A stretch of DNA of 64,000 nt from assembly GCA_963669175.1 (NCBI GenBank), contig OY769902.1:4160001-4224000 (forward strand). The letters are read 5' to 3'. The notes beneath the pieces are model-generated. The model saw nothing but the letters and a program-made list of their open reading frames with translations. It did not search any database and was not told the origin of the DNA. Shown here one piece after another: positions 18,850 to 30,400 of the stretch; within the stretch, counting starts at the first letter, position 1; each line of letters opens with the position of its first letter. This DNA comes from a bacterium (GTDB lineage: Bacteria; Electryoneota; Electryoneia; Electryoneales; Electryoneaceae). The position numbers and the translations under genes were made by a program.

Positions 18850-21297
18850 TTAGAACTCAAACCGCACTCCCCCGACAAAGAACAGGCTGAACTGATACGA
18901 GGTATTGATTTCGCCATCATCGGCATACGAATACATCGCCACATTTTTCTGGTCAAGCACATTTTGAACTTCCAGGTAGAAGATCAGCGATGTGCTTTTG
19001 AAATAATGCTTGTTGTCCACACGCACATCCCAGCGCGAATAGCGGGGATAATGTTCGTTGTTATGCCCCACGCTTTCCCAGTGCCCCTCGTAATAGGGTT
19101 CAGGTGAATCCATACCTTCCCCATACCAGACTTTACGGGTGTAGGGACGACCGGAGATGTAACGGTAGCGTGTTGAGAAAGTCAGCTCATCACCATTGAT
19201 AGGCAGGACCGTCAACCATTTCAGGTAAACCTTGTCCAGTAGGCTCCTGTACCAGTGTTGTTTGATCAGGCTGGTTTTATACCCGAGTACTACAGTCGCC
19301 ACATGCCGGAAATCATACTCGGCGGGATAATCTCCGTAAGCTGGCGAGGTCTCTTCGCTCTTACCGAAGGAATAGCTCAGGGTGCCGTACCAGTTCCGTT
19401 CCAACTTCTGGTGTGCGAAGAATTCAAAGCCCCACGCGGACTTCTCTTTTACCGGGAGCAGTATCTCGCTCCTGTAGGTCTGATCACCAGTCTGATGCCG
19501 AACGATGCGCCCCTTCGTTTCCAGTAGATCCTGGTATTCCTTGTAATACCCCTCAAGACTCAACATGGTGGAAGGACGTGGGACAAACTTCAGCCCGGCG
19601 ATGTATTGATCCGCACGTGAGTATGGCAGGTTGGCATTGGCCGGATCAGCATCATAAACATACCCGTAATTATATGAGAAAAACGGATGCGCCTGGTAAT
19701 AGGCGCCATAGGCAAGGCTGAACTGCCAGGCAGGGAGGAAATCATAACGGAAGGACAGACGTGGACCAACAGCATGTTGCTCCGCATATTTGAATCCATC
19801 ATAACGTAATCCTGCGATAATAGATACCGGGTTAAACGGACGCCATGTGTACTGAAGAAATGCGGATGTTTTTACGGTTGAAAACGACTTCTTGATATCC
19901 TGGTTGGCGAAGAGTGTATCATCGGGTTCACCATCCGGTGGGCCAAAGGTGCCATCATTGTACACAACCGTATCCGGTGCGATCCAGATGTATTCCTTTA
20001 CGTTTAAAGGCTTCAGGCCAAAACCGACTGACCATTCATCCTGTCCACGTGCACGTCCGTTCCAGCTAAGCGATATCTGGTAGTTGATCTCATCATGTGT
20101 GTTCTGGACATAGGGAGTTTCGATGTTATGACCAAGTGAATCTTCGTCAATCTCTTTGACATCGACTGTATAGAACGCGCTGGTCCTCGCCAGGATCAGC
20201 TCTGTATACCCCACTCCCCACAGGCTGCGAAGACGAAGACCACTGACAAACTTTCGATTCTTATTTTCAACGACTTCTGCACCACGACTGTAACTATCGT
20301 CATTATCATCGGATTCAATATCGATCCAGTCATCCGCGTACAGGGCATTCATGGTCAACTTGTGACGATCCGACAGATCATAGACAACTTTGCCCTGTGT
20401 GCTCCAGTATTGCGGAATGGATTCCAAACCGACTGCATCATGCATCAGGTCCAGGTAACTCCGATGTCCGGTAACAAGAAAACTGCCTTTCCCCTTGTGT
20501 ATAGGTCCCTCAATGTTGCCGCCCGATCCGGACATGTTCAGATCAAGACAACCTGCGTACTGTTGACGGCTGCCTTCACGCAATTCCAGGTCCAGGACAC
20601 TGGAAAGCTTGTCACCATAGCGTGCTGAGAAACCGCCGGAAGCAAAGGTGACCTCATTCAGAAATTCAGCGTTGATCGCATTGATCGGTCCACCACTGGC
20701 GCCAGGATAGCCGAAGTGATTGATATTTTCAACCTCGATTCCGTCCATGACGATCAGGTTTTCGTTAGGACTGCCGCCGCGTACCACGATCTCATTGTTC
20801 TGATCAGACTCGCCGGCCACCCCCGGCAAAGCCTGTATCATGCGCTGTACATCCTCAACAGCGCCCGGCGCTCGGCGGACTTCCTCATAACGTAAGGAAC
20901 GGGCAGACGTTGGCATGTCCACAGATGGTTGCTGGAAATACCCTGCGGTGAAAACGACTTCTTCGGATTGAATCGCCGTTGGTTGGAGTGTGAAATTGAC
21001 TTCGGCAGAACGATTGGGACGAACAACAATCTCCGCAATTGTCTTCGTTTCATACCCCAAAGCCGACGCCGTTACATGATACGTGCCCGGTTCAAGGGCG
21101 CTGATCTTATAATTACCATCCAGATCTGCCGCAGCCCCACGATTACTGCCGGATATCATTACATTCGCTGCCGGTATCGGTTCCATTGTGACTGCATTTA
21201 CAACCTCACCACGAATTGAACCATTCCCTGCAGCATAGGCTACCATGCTGAGTAAACAGCATGTGATCACCATTGTCAGCATCAATAACGCGCGCAT
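18850..21297 (-). CDS. TonB-dependent receptor with N-terminal carboxypeptidase-regulatory-like domain
   Basis: Signal peptide, plug motif LPGV...IVVRGG, GGFSARYGDKLSSVL, C-terminal VRFEF. Confidence 0.92.
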   Translation of the reverse strand: MRALLMLTMVITCCLLSMVAYAAGNGSIRGEVVNAVTMEPIPAANVMISGSNRGAAADLDGNYKISALEPGTYHVTASALGYETKTIAEIVVRPNRSAEVNFTLQPTAIQSEEVVFTAGYFQQPSVDMPTSARSLRYEEVRRAPGAVEDVQRMIQALPGVAGESDQNNEIVVRGGSPNENLIVMDGIEVENINHFGYPGASGGPINAINAEFLNEVTFASGGFSARYGDKLSSVLDLELREGSRQQYAGCLDLNMSGSGGNIEGPIHKGKGSFLVTGHRSYLDLMHDAVGLESIPQYWSTQGKVVYDLSDRHKLTMNALYADDWIDIESDDNDDSYSRGAEVVENKNRKFVSGLRLRSLWGVGYTELILARTSAFYTVDVKEIDEDSLGHNIETPYVQNTHDEINYQISLSWNGRARGQDEWSVGFGLKPLNVKEYIWIAPDTVVYNDGTFGPPDGEPDDTLFANQDIKKSFSTVKTSAFLQYTWRPFNPVSIIAGLRYDGFKYAEQHAVGPRLSFRYDFLPAWQFSLAYGAYYQAHPFFSYNYGYVYDADPANANLPYSRADQYIAGLKFVPRPSTMLSLEGYYKEYQDLLETKGRIVRHQTGDQTYRSEILLPVKEKSAWGFEFFAHQKLERNWYGTLSYSFGKSEETSPAYGDYPAEYDFRHVATVVLGYKTSLIKQHWYRSLLDKVYLKWLTVLPINGDELTFSTRYRYISGRPYTRKVWYGEGMDSPEPYYEGHWESVGHNNEHYPRYSRWDVRVDNKHYFKSTSLIFYLEVQNVLDQKNVAMYSYADDGEINTSYQFSLFFVGGVRFEF

Positions 21298-21381
21298 GTG
21301 CCTCCCCTTTCATGCGCCCACATATAAAATGGACGCTCGACTCCCGTTCAAGCGCCCACACTATAAATGTAGTATGTTTGG

Positions 21382-21840
21382 TCAATCTTCGTCAGGCTCT
21401 CCGAGTTCAACTCGTTCCCCATTCAAATCATAGAAATAGTGGAATTTCACCACGCCTTTCATGATGGCGGATACACCGCAATAACGTGTGCGGCTGAGAT
21501 TGATTGCCCGGGCCAGTTTCTTGGGATCGACATCACCAGTCACGTGAAACACCACATTGATCTCTTTCCAGTACTTCGGATATTCTTCGGTACGGTCCAC
21601 ACCTTCCACTTCTACTTCGTAGCTCTGGACATCCTGTTTCATCTTGCGCAGGATACTGATTGCGTCCATTCCGGTGCATCCGGCCAGTCCGACAAATGGC
21701 AGTTCGGCGGGACGTGCCGCGCTGTCATCTCCGCCCACATTCGGCATGCTGTCCATATAGACGGTATGCCCGCTTCCGGTGGTTGCGGCAAAGCGCATTT
21801 TACTGACGTCTTCCAGTTTTACTTTGGTTATGCTCTTCAT
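21382..21840 (-). CDS. OsmC/YhfA family protein
   Basis: PAELPFVGLAGCTGMD and YCGVS cysteine motifs; ATG 21840. Confidence 0.88.
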   Translation of the reverse strand: MKSITKVKLEDVSKMRFAATTGSGHTVYMDSMPNVGGDDSAARPAELPFVGLAGCTGMDAISILRKMKQDVQSYEVEVEGVDRTEEYPKYWKEINVVFHVTGDVDPKKLARAINLSRTRYCGVSAIMKGVVKFHYFYDLNGERVELGEPDED

Positions 21841-21981
21841 GGCATCTCCGGTTTCGTTGTTCGCTGTCGCTAAAATAGTCACGTTCACTATTGGATGCAC
21901 TTGTCACGTCCATGATCCATGCTATAAAAAAGCGGGACCGCCCCATTGCGAGCCAGTCCCGGATTTCGAACAAAACAGGTA

Positions 21982-22578
21982 TTACTTGGCAGCGTCAAAC
22001 CGTGCAGCCACATCATCCCAGTTGACCAGGTGATCCATGAAGGTCGCGGTCCAGTTCGGACGTACGTTCTGGTACTTCAGATAGTAGGCATGTTCCCAGA
22101 CATCGCATACCAGGATCGGAATGATTCCCTGTACGGTCAGGTTCTGGTGAATTTCCGCCTCAAGCACCAGCAGCTTGCCCAGATCCTTGTGCCAGCCGAG
22201 GATACCCCAACCGCTGCCTTCGACGGCGTTCGTCGCGGCCAGGAACTGCTTCTTGAAAGCATCGAAACTCCCGAAAGACGCTACGATCTCATCCATCAAC
22301 GCGCCCGTCGGCTCACCGCCACCGTTCGGCTTCATGTTGGTCCAGAAGATGGTATGCAGCATGTGGCCGCTGCCATGAAACGCCACTTCCTTGCTCAACG
22401 CCTTGGCCGCGGCAAAATCGCCCGCTTCACGCGCCTTCTCCAGCTTCTCCAGCGCGGCGTTCAATCCTGCCACGTACCCGGCATGATGCTTGTCGTGATG
22501 CAGGGTGACCGTTTCCTTGTCGTAATGCGGTTCCAACGCATCGTATGCGTAGGGCAGTTCCGGTAATGTGTAAGGCAT
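21982..22578 (-). CDS. sod: Fe/Mn superoxide dismutase 1
   Basis: LPELPYAYDALEP, HHDKHH, HMLH, GSGW, DVWEHAYY. Confidence 0.95.
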   Translation of the reverse strand: MPYTLPELPYAYDALEPHYDKETVTLHHDKHHAGYVAGLNAALEKLEKAREAGDFAAAKALSKEVAFHGSGHMLHTIFWTNMKPNGGGEPTGALMDEIVASFGSFDAFKKQFLAATNAVEGSGWGILGWHKDLGKLLVLEAEIHQNLTVQGIIPILVCDVWEHAYYLKYQNVRPNWTATFMDHLVNWDDVAARFDAAK

Positions 22579-22808
22579 GATCTTCTCCCGTTGTTTAGTG
22601 AATGTCGTCACTGGCTAAATATGCTTCACAAATATTGCGAAACAACAGCGATTCTGAAACGGAATTCCCTTCGAGAGACGGTGGGAGAATGAAATCCTTT
22701 CTAGTTGGCCCCGCCGGCTTGAAGCACGACGAAGCGAAGCGTAGAAGGCTGCCCGGCGGTGGTTTATACTAATTCAGAGAATCAAGTCCTTCGGTTTTCA
22801 ATACCGAG

Positions 22809-22899
22809 GCAACTCCGAAGGAGTTGGATAGGTGAGCCCTGGGCACGTGCCGTCTGTTTGGCACGTACCCAGGGCTCACCTATCTAATCCCTGCGGGAT
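22809..22899. repeat. REP-like family C copy, followed by a ~41 bp tandem duplication to 22970
   Basis: gataggtgagccctggg...gccgtctgtttggc...cccagggctcacctatc. Confidence 0.8.
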
Positions 22900-23090
22900 A
22901 CCTCCCTGCTTCCAACATCAGGCTTTCCGGATTTCGGGATACCTCCCTACTTCCGACATCAGGCTTTCCGGCCTTATGGGAAGCTAAAAGATTATGCAAT
23001 CAATCGGACGATTCTTTCGGGATAGCTTGGAAGGAAAAGTCTATTTATATAAACAGCACGCATACCTTGTTCCTATTGAAATATGACCTG

Positions 23091-23122
23091 AAAAAACCGG
23101 ACTGACAATCATCAGTCCGGTT
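23091..23122 (-). terminator. Rho-independent terminator
   Basis: AACCGGACTGA-caatca-TCAGTCCGGTT with A run on +. Confidence 0.75.
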
Positions 23123-23129
23123 AAATAAT

Positions 23130-23197
23130 CGCGGGGTGCAATGCCCGCCGGCACTCGTGGGGGGCGTTACGAAATGCCAGAGGCATACGAACCCCGC
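23130..23197 (-). ncRNA. Candidate structured RNA (~68 nt hairpin) upstream of a terminator
   Basis: GCGGGGT/ACCCCGC, ATGCC/GGCAT and GGCA.TCGT/ACGA.TGCC nested stems. Confidence 0.3.
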
Positions 23198-23238
23198 TTT
23201 CTGAAATCTCCTATATAAACTCAAAAAATCAAGACAAA

Positions 23239-23431
23239 TCTCATCCCAGCGAAGGCTGGGATCCAGGCAAATATCGACAAAATAACAACTTGGACACTTG
23301 AACGGCTCTCAATGTACCGCGTATCTTGACAACACTTAACCTCTTGTAATATCGCAACCTGACTGGATCCCAGCCTTCGCTGGAATGAGAGCATCAGTGA
23401 TTCTGAGACACCTTGCTTCGCTGGAATGAGA
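23239..23431. repeat. REP-like family D inverted pair plus partial third copy
   Basis: tctcatcccagcgaaggctgggatccag ... ctggatcccagccttcgctggaatgaga ... cttcgctggaatgaga. Confidence 0.8.
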
Positions 23432-23444
23432 ACTTCTCTCGTTT

Positions 23445-24053
23445 TTAAGCCGGATTCGCCTTCAAATACAGCTCGTTGATCTTTTCCCAGTTCAGGTTCT
23501 CGAGGAACGCGTCAACATACTTCCCGCGATCGGGCCCGTTGTCGTAGTAGTACGCATGCTCGAACACGTCGACCGGAACCAGTGGGGACGCGCCCCACAC
23601 GGCACCGTTGTTGTGCATGTCCACGAGGAAATTGTGCAACGCGCCATCGGTCGGATCAAAGCTCAGGATCGCCCAGCCCAGGCTGGCCATAGCCGTGGCC
23701 TTGAAGTCTGCCTTCCACGCATTAAAACTGCCGAAATCAGCTTCGATCTTCTTGATCACCGCAAGATCATTGCTGTAGCTGCCGTCACTACCCATGACAT
23801 CGTAGTAGATCTCATGCAGGATCTGGCCGGACGCGTTAAATGTCTCACGACGCTTCAACTCGCCAAACTCGCTGAAGTTAGCATTGGCGCCACTCTTGTC
23901 ACCAAACTCCTCCAACTTCTTCTCGATCTCGTTACGCTTTGCCACATACCCGGCATAATGCTTGTCATGATGCCACGTGTTGACCTGCTCGGAAATGCCA
24001 TTGAGTTTATCGTAAGCGTACGGTAACGGTTTTACCTGATGGTTGCCCTTCAT
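23445..24053 (-). CDS. sod: Fe/Mn superoxide dismutase 2 (divergent)
   Basis: KPLPYAY, HHDKHYAGYV, ILHE, DVFEHAYY; GGAGGA RBS before ATG 24053. Confidence 0.92.
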   Translation of the reverse strand: MKGNHQVKPLPYAYDKLNGISEQVNTWHHDKHYAGYVAKRNEIEKKLEEFGDKSGANANFSEFGELKRRETFNASGQILHEIYYDVMGSDGSYSNDLAVIKKIEADFGSFNAWKADFKATAMASLGWAILSFDPTDGALHNFLVDMHNNGAVWGASPLVPVDVFEHAYYYDNGPDRGKYVDAFLENLNWEKINELYLKANPA

Positions 24054-24090
24054 CTTCTCCTCCAGTGCTATGGTATGGTAGTTTGCTTCT

Positions 24091-24120
24091 CCTAACACTT
24101 GTTAGGTTAGCTAAACTTTC
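24091..24120. promoter_or_regulatory. Putative DtxR/MntR-type operator upstream of sod2
   Basis: CCTAACA-ct-TGTTAGG palindrome overlapping TTAGGTTAGCTAAACTTTC (14/19 to the DtxR consensus TTAGGTTAGCCTAACCTAA). Confidence 0.45.
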
Positions 24121-24196
24121 AGCGGAAAGCAAGCGGGGAAAAGAGGTCGGGGGGACTTGGAGAGCAGGGGTGGTTCACGGTGTCCCGCTATGAGCG

Positions 24197-24224
24197 AAAA
24201 AACCCGGCTGCTAACCAGCCGGGC
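24197..24224 (-). terminator. Terminator after the 1009 aa secreted protein gene
   Basis: CCCGGCTG-ctaac-CAGCCGGG with A run on +. Confidence 0.7.
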
Positions 24225-24315
24225 AAAAAATCAGAAACAGGAAACGCCCTATTCCTGGCATCATCCTTTTCAACTTTCTTAACCTTCTTTACTTCTTTAC
24301 CTTCTTCACCTTTTT

Positions 24316-27300
24316 TTACTTGACCAGCACCATCCGCTTCATATCGGTGAATGCTCCCGCCTCGATGCGGTAGAAATACATCCCGCTGGCAAGTTGGCTG
24401 GCATCGAAGGTCACGCTATGCGTACCCGCCTGCATTGGACGGTCCACCAACTTCGCCACTTCCTGCCCCATGATGTTGTACACCGACAGCTTGACCGTTT
24501 CAGGACGCACCAGGTCAAAGCTCAACGTGGTGGTCGGGTTGAATGGATTCGGAAAATTCTGGTGCAAGGAAAATTCTGTTGGGAGAGTTGTACCGTCAAG
24601 CTTACTGGTATGGTTCATCGATTCATGTAACGCAGCCCATTTCTGCTCAAAATCAGCCTCGTTTAGAGGAATGATTTCTTCGTTTACACCTAACTTCGGC
24701 AGGCCAAAAGCGGCGTATTCTTGGCTACCTGCCGAATTAGTTCCATATCCACCACCGCCACTGCTCAATGCCATCTGGTAATATGTGGTGAGTTGTCCGA
24801 TAAGACCACGTAGCGAATCCAACTCCGTTTCTGCATCTTCAATCATATCGTCAAACTGCTCAATGGAGCTTTCATAATCCGCTATCTGGTTTTGTAATAC
24901 AATCCTGGCCCAGAAAGCCGCACTTCCCAAATCAATATCGTCCAGATAATCCTCGAGATCCACGATCAGATCGCTTTCATCAGTGTCCAGATAAGACTCA
25001 CAACGAATCCAGCCACGAAGTGCTGCGGGATGCGGATTATCTGCAAGAGATGCAAGGTACAGCTCGGATGCGCTTGCATAATTTCCAGCATACTCTGCCT
25101 GACTGGCCAGTTGAAAGTATTCCGTTGTATATGCGGTTCTATTAGCGCTGGCATCTGCATCTGTAAGGTCTACACAATCTGCTGGATAAAACCAATCCGG
25201 TGAATTTGGGGAATAACCGATCCAGTAATTTCCTTTTCCATTATATGATGGTATAGTCCCATTATCATACAACAGATAAGGACGATCAGCGTAGGCAGAA
25301 CATACGAAATCGTTATGGCAATTCTTGAAATATGGCGTACTCGCATCAATCCGAATCTCGGCACGCTCTTTCTGATTATCAGCATCTTCACCATTCTCCT
25401 GGAAACGCGTCCCAAGATACGATCCCTCAACCCCCAACGTGACATCACTGCCACTGCCGCAGTAAATGCCGTTTTTGCCATTCTCAGCGACAGTATTTTC
25501 GCGAAAAGATGGCGTACTGTTATAAAGATAAATACCAATCCCACCATTTTCCGCAATAGTCGAACCTTTGACTTGCCCATCGCTGGTATTCAAATACCGG
25601 ATTCCACCTGTATTGTTATAGCGGATGGTACAATTCGCCATATCGAGTGAACCACCGCTATTATCGACTGCATATCCATCACAGTGCTCAATCGTGACAC
25701 AGTCCAGGGAAAGATCAACCCCTGAATAAAGCACAATGCCATCATCATCTGAGTAATAAATTTTCGCAGCTACAAAGTCGCCAGATGGGAGGAAATCGAA
25801 GAGATAAGGTGTGAATACGATACCATCCCACTTCTGCGCCTGGATGTAGGGTTTGAATTCGATCCACGAATTAGAATTCGCTGATCCGCCATCCACTTCC
25901 AGATCGCCTATAACATTGAGCTCGGTTCCAGGCATAAACTCAAGAACGATACTTGAAGTTCGGTCAAGTGCATTGGTAATTGCGAAATCATAACCATTGG
26001 GAACTGTCAGATCTGACACAACCCGGTATGGAGAATCATCAATAACATGTATAGAGCCACCATCGGGCAGTGTGCCACCTACAGCGACATAGTAATCGCC
26101 AGTTGCGCAATCACCACCACCGAAGGCTCCCATATCTGTAGTGGTACCGTTGAGGTTGTTGCCAACATCGTTATTGTTTCCTTCATGGAGGCAGACGGAG
26201 TTCCAGAGGAGGTGATAGTTGTAAGAATCTGTAGGATCGTTCACGCTACTGTTATCAATAGCAAATCCCGGATCACTGTTGTTTTGTATCCCGTTACCGT
26301 TGAATGTAACATTGCTGCCTTCCCTTGTCCCTCCGCGACCATAAACATAGTTGTAGTCTACAGTGATTGCAGCATCGGAGTAGATTCCATATTCATCCCC
26401 ACCTGAAGCATCATCATCGTAATCATAAATAATGTTGTTCTCAACGGTTGGATCATTACCGGCATTAGTGAGAAGATAGAAGCCTGCTTTTCTGACATGA
26501 GCTACAGTGTTGTTTACCAAATAGTCAAAATGTGTGGAATAGATACCGTGACCATCGCAGTTAATTATCGTATTGTTAGTTACCGCAAAGTCAGTGACAT
26601 CAACACCAAAATCGATGTAAATTCCATTCCCATCATTGCCATTATCAGCTCTGCTGACCATGCCGATAATCGTATTATTCGCGATAGTCTGCTGGATTGT
26701 AACTCCATGATCGCTGATCAGGATACCATTTTGACAATTATAGATCAGGTTTCCGATGGCATCAAGAGTATTAAAACCTGCTATAGTACTGTAATCAACG
26801 CCTATTCCTGATCCGTAGGAATCGCCAATCTCACAATCTGTCACAGTCACATCAGCATATTCGTACAATACAATCGGACCGGATATGTTTGTACTCTGAG
26901 ATTCCTCAATATCCCCACCGTACTGGATGATGCAGTTGTCAAACGTGCCAGTTGCCCTGTTTCCAGCGCCAGCAGCCCCCATGAACTTGATTGATCCCCA
27001 ATCATCGGCACCTGTTCCAGTACTACTGGTGAAAGTGATCGGGCTATTCGAAGTACCTGCAGCCGTTAGAGTTGCGCCGCCGTTGATGATAAGCGAGAAG
27101 TCGCCGTAGTTGTCGTTGAATTTTACTACGACACCGGGCTCGATGGTTAAAGTTCCAGACAAGAGAGTAATTGCACCAGGATTTGATATATTGCCATTTG
27201 GGTTCAGAATATATGGATTCCCACCAGTTGTCCAAGTTACCGAACCTGGAAGATCATCGTTTATATCTGTTGCACAAGCAACAGTGGCATACATCAATAT

Positions 27301-27345
27301 CTCAACTGTGACAAATACTAAGAGAATTGCGCTTTGCTTACTCAT
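24316..27345 (-). CDS. Secreted right-handed beta-helix repeat protein with T9SS type A-like C-terminal domain
   Basis: Signal peptide, TLTIEPGVVVKF, Asn/Gly-rich beta-helix repeats, LHQNFPNPFNPTT...LASGMYFYRI...KRMVLVK. Confidence 0.88.
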   Translation of the reverse strand: MSKQSAILLVFVTVEILMYATVACATDINDDLPGSVTWTTGGNPYILNPNGNISNPGAITLLSGTLTIEPGVVVKFNDNYGDFSLIINGGATLTAAGTSNSPITFTSSTGTGADDWGSIKFMGAAGAGNRATGTFDNCIIQYGGDIEESQSTNISGPIVLYEYADVTVTDCEIGDSYGSGIGVDYSTIAGFNTLDAIGNLIYNCQNGILISDHGVTIQQTIANNTIIGMVSRADNGNDGNGIYIDFGVDVTDFAVTNNTIINCDGHGIYSTHFDYLVNNTVAHVRKAGFYLLTNAGNDPTVENNIIYDYDDDASGGDEYGIYSDAAITVDYNYVYGRGGTREGSNVTFNGNGIQNNSDPGFAIDNSSVNDPTDSYNYHLLWNSVCLHEGNNNDVGNNLNGTTTDMGAFGGGDCATGDYYVAVGGTLPDGGSIHVIDDSPYRVVSDLTVPNGYDFAITNALDRTSSIVLEFMPGTELNVIGDLEVDGGSANSNSWIEFKPYIQAQKWDGIVFTPYLFDFLPSGDFVAAKIYYSDDDGIVLYSGVDLSLDCVTIEHCDGYAVDNSGGSLDMANCTIRYNNTGGIRYLNTSDGQVKGSTIAENGGIGIYLYNSTPSFRENTVAENGKNGIYCGSGSDVTLGVEGSYLGTRFQENGEDADNQKERAEIRIDASTPYFKNCHNDFVCSAYADRPYLLYDNGTIPSYNGKGNYWIGYSPNSPDWFYPADCVDLTDADASANRTAYTTEYFQLASQAEYAGNYASASELYLASLADNPHPAALRGWIRCESYLDTDESDLIVDLEDYLDDIDLGSAAFWARIVLQNQIADYESSIEQFDDMIEDAETELDSLRGLIGQLTTYYQMALSSGGGGYGTNSAGSQEYAAFGLPKLGVNEEIIPLNEADFEQKWAALHESMNHTSKLDGTTLPTEFSLHQNFPNPFNPTTTLSFDLVRPETVKLSVYNIMGQEVAKLVDRPMQAGTHSVTFDASQLASGMYFYRIEAGAFTDMKRMVLVK

Positions 27346-27400
27346 CGTAAACTCCTATATTACAAATGGACACAGTACTCCTGAAGTACTGTTTTTCTGC

Positions 27401-27446
27401 GCTGGACGGGTTCGTGGGCAAACGAGTCCCCGTCCAGCTTTTTTTT
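27401..27446. terminator. Strong intergenic hairpin (T tail on + strand)
   Basis: GCTGGACGGG...CCCGTCCAGC followed by T8. Confidence 0.55.
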
Positions 27447-30400
27447 CTACTTTAACAGAATGGCTTTTTGTCTTTCCACCTCCTTTCCAGCCTTGATTTC
27501 GATGATATACATACCGGAAGCAAGTGAAGCTGCCTCAAAGGTAATGCTATGTTTTCCAGCCAATTGCCTACTAGAAGGTAGAGCAAGAACTGTTTGGCCG
27601 ACTAGATTATAAATCCGTATGTCAACATCTATAACGCTTGGAATAGCGTAGGAGACAGTCACAAAAGAATTGAAAGGATTGGGATATGGAGAGAATACCT
27701 GAAACTCGGTAGGTAAATCCGATTTTGCTTCTTTTATCCAATCAGGGTATTCGTAAAGTTCTCCATAGGGACCTCCCCAACGACCGATATCGTTTCGGGT
27801 TCCGTCAAGATCAAAGAAACTGGAATCTGGATGACCAGCATCTATCAAGGGAGAATCCTCGTAAAGGTGACAAAGACTGTCTGCAAATCCCGGATTTACA
27901 AACAGGTTCGTCGAGTCCAATGGACAGCTAACCGCAAGGGTATCGTTACTCCAAAAACAGTTGTATTGAACCAGAAAATTGCGATTCAAATCCTCATTAT
28001 TTTGTATGCCAATAGAACAATCTTGGAATATATTGTTCATGATGACAGGAAAAAAAGAACCACCGGAATTATCAAAAAACCTTACAGCCCTATCATGCTC
28101 AATAAACACGTTATTGCGCGCGATATCCGTAGGAGAACTGAAAACAAGTGCGTTTTCAATAATACGTTCAGCCGCATAAAAAATATTATTTTCTATTGTT
28201 AATGAAGAATTATTTGATTCTGAAACACCAACACCATAAAAATAATTATTTCGAATATGGCCAACACTTTCATAGTTTAATGATATTCCCTTAGCTCTAT
28301 AAAAATGCGAATTACTAATATATAATTCTGAATATTCTACAGTTATTCCAGATGATCCAAATGTTTCCATCTCTACATCAATAAATATACAACTATCTAT
28401 CGATATAAAACTATTTCTCCCATAAATAAATCTGAATGGCCTATCTACGTCGGTGAAAAATCTACACTGTATGATTGATATGGTTGAATTTGAATTTATA
28501 TCTAATGTATAAAGCTCGCACTGTATAAAGCATGAATTAGCGATATTTATAATAGCCAATGAATCGGTAATTATGCAGCTTTGTCCGTAAGCAAACACCG
28601 TATACATAACACGACTTGTATCGCCATTTCCAACAACCTTAATACCTGCCCATCCACCAATAACAGCTTCTTCATTGTCCATAGTGAAACGAATGGAATC
28701 ACCTACCATACCTTCTGCGATAAGGGTACCATAACAATCTATTCCTATTTGCTGTTCTTCATCCTCCACATACCTGAACTGCAATTCACACCCCGGTTCG
28801 ATGACCAGGCTATCACCTTCGGGGACGACAATATCTTCCACCACGTAGAACGGGCTATCCTCCACACATAGCGTACCGCTGATTTCGCCACTTAGTAGAG
28901 TGCGCTGGTCCACATCCACCGTGACAATCGACGAATCGGTCTGTCCTTCGCCATCCTCCACGATCACCGTGAAACTGAAATCTTCCGCATCTTCTGGGAC
29001 GATTCCCGATACAGCAGTTGTATCGCCCACCCAGTCCAGCTCATCCTCCTCACTTAACCATTCCGGCAAGTCCGGGAAAGTGAAGCTGAAGGGGCCGTTG
29101 TCGTCGGTGGCAGTAATTTGAATGCGAAGCGGTAGGCCTGTTTGCGCAAAGACTTCTTCGGGGATGGTCTGGACCGGCGGGTTGTCGATGGATTGATCGT
29201 AGTAGAAACATCCGATATCAGCACGGGTGCCGTCCGGATCATCATCGCTGTCCGGATCACCGGCGTCAATACAGGGACTGTTAGCTTGTAAGGTGTAATC
29301 GAACGGATCACCGCCCGCCAGGAAAGGATTCTCAAAAAGGTTACCCTCGTCCAGCTCCACATCGCCCGTGATTTCTTCAAACTCATAGAAACTGTTGTAA
29401 CTGATACTGGCTGGCTGAAGTCCATTCACTGATCGTTCAATCGCTGTACAAGATCCCCCATCTCCAAGAAAGATATTGTTCTCGATGGTGGTTTCTACAT
29501 CCGTTCGAAGCCAGATACCTCGGTCCCCATTCACTTTAATTGTGTTGTTGCTGACAGTAATATTCCCACCCAGATCAAGACGAAAGTTATCTGCATAAGC
29601 ATCACCAGAAATCACATTGCGGTGTACCGTTCCGGTGCATGTATTCAATACAATCGTTGCGTGATGGGGAGTTCGGTCTGAAATGATGATGTTATCAAAG
29701 ATATTAACAGAAGAATCGTGAGCAAGCAGGTTTGGAAATGTATTGTTATGTACCATTGCTTCGGATTCTCTAAATGTAACACAACGTGCAATGTTGACTG
29801 AATCCTCAAGCCGCACCTGGTTATTATAGAAGTCAACATGACTGGTCTGAGCCAGGGGAGGAATCGTGCTGCAATTATAGAATTGATTATCATGAATGAT
29901 TGTTGTATCTGACCGAACGCTTAGCTGGCCTAAAAAATTGTGATGAACTGGATTGGAGTTCCCGTTCAATGCAACATTTCCCAATGGCGCAGTGTTATTG
30001 ATGAACGTGTAATCCTCGCCATAAAGGAGGGAAATGTTCATGAGAGGAAAACCGCTGTCCGGAAGGATTGAATTGAAATAACAATATTCGATGCTATCCG
30101 TATTAAACTCGCTCTTGAAAAAGCGATAAGAAGCAACTACTCGACTATGCTGCAGATGTGTGGAACCATAATAGAGGTCAAACCCCCACTGTACGGAATC
30201 TACCACACAATAGGACATCTCGATACGTGAGTCTTCTGAGTCCATGGGAGCCCTGAACCCACCGAAAGCGAAGTCCTCTGATACAAACAGAATCGAATCA
30301 CCAAGCGCACCATTCGCCAACAACGCTCCAAGGACAATGACGGGATACTTGAGCGAATCGGTCTGATCCTGAAATTCGACTATCACTCCCGGCTCAATCA

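Noticed and set aside
18639-19107. Low-complexity ORFs (PSL/LLY repeats)
   Set aside because: They are products of the 9-mer pyrimidine tract and overlap the TonB receptor antisense.
23130-23197. tRNA or SRP RNA
   Set aside because: There is no T-loop or cloverleaf and no SRP helix-8 motif.
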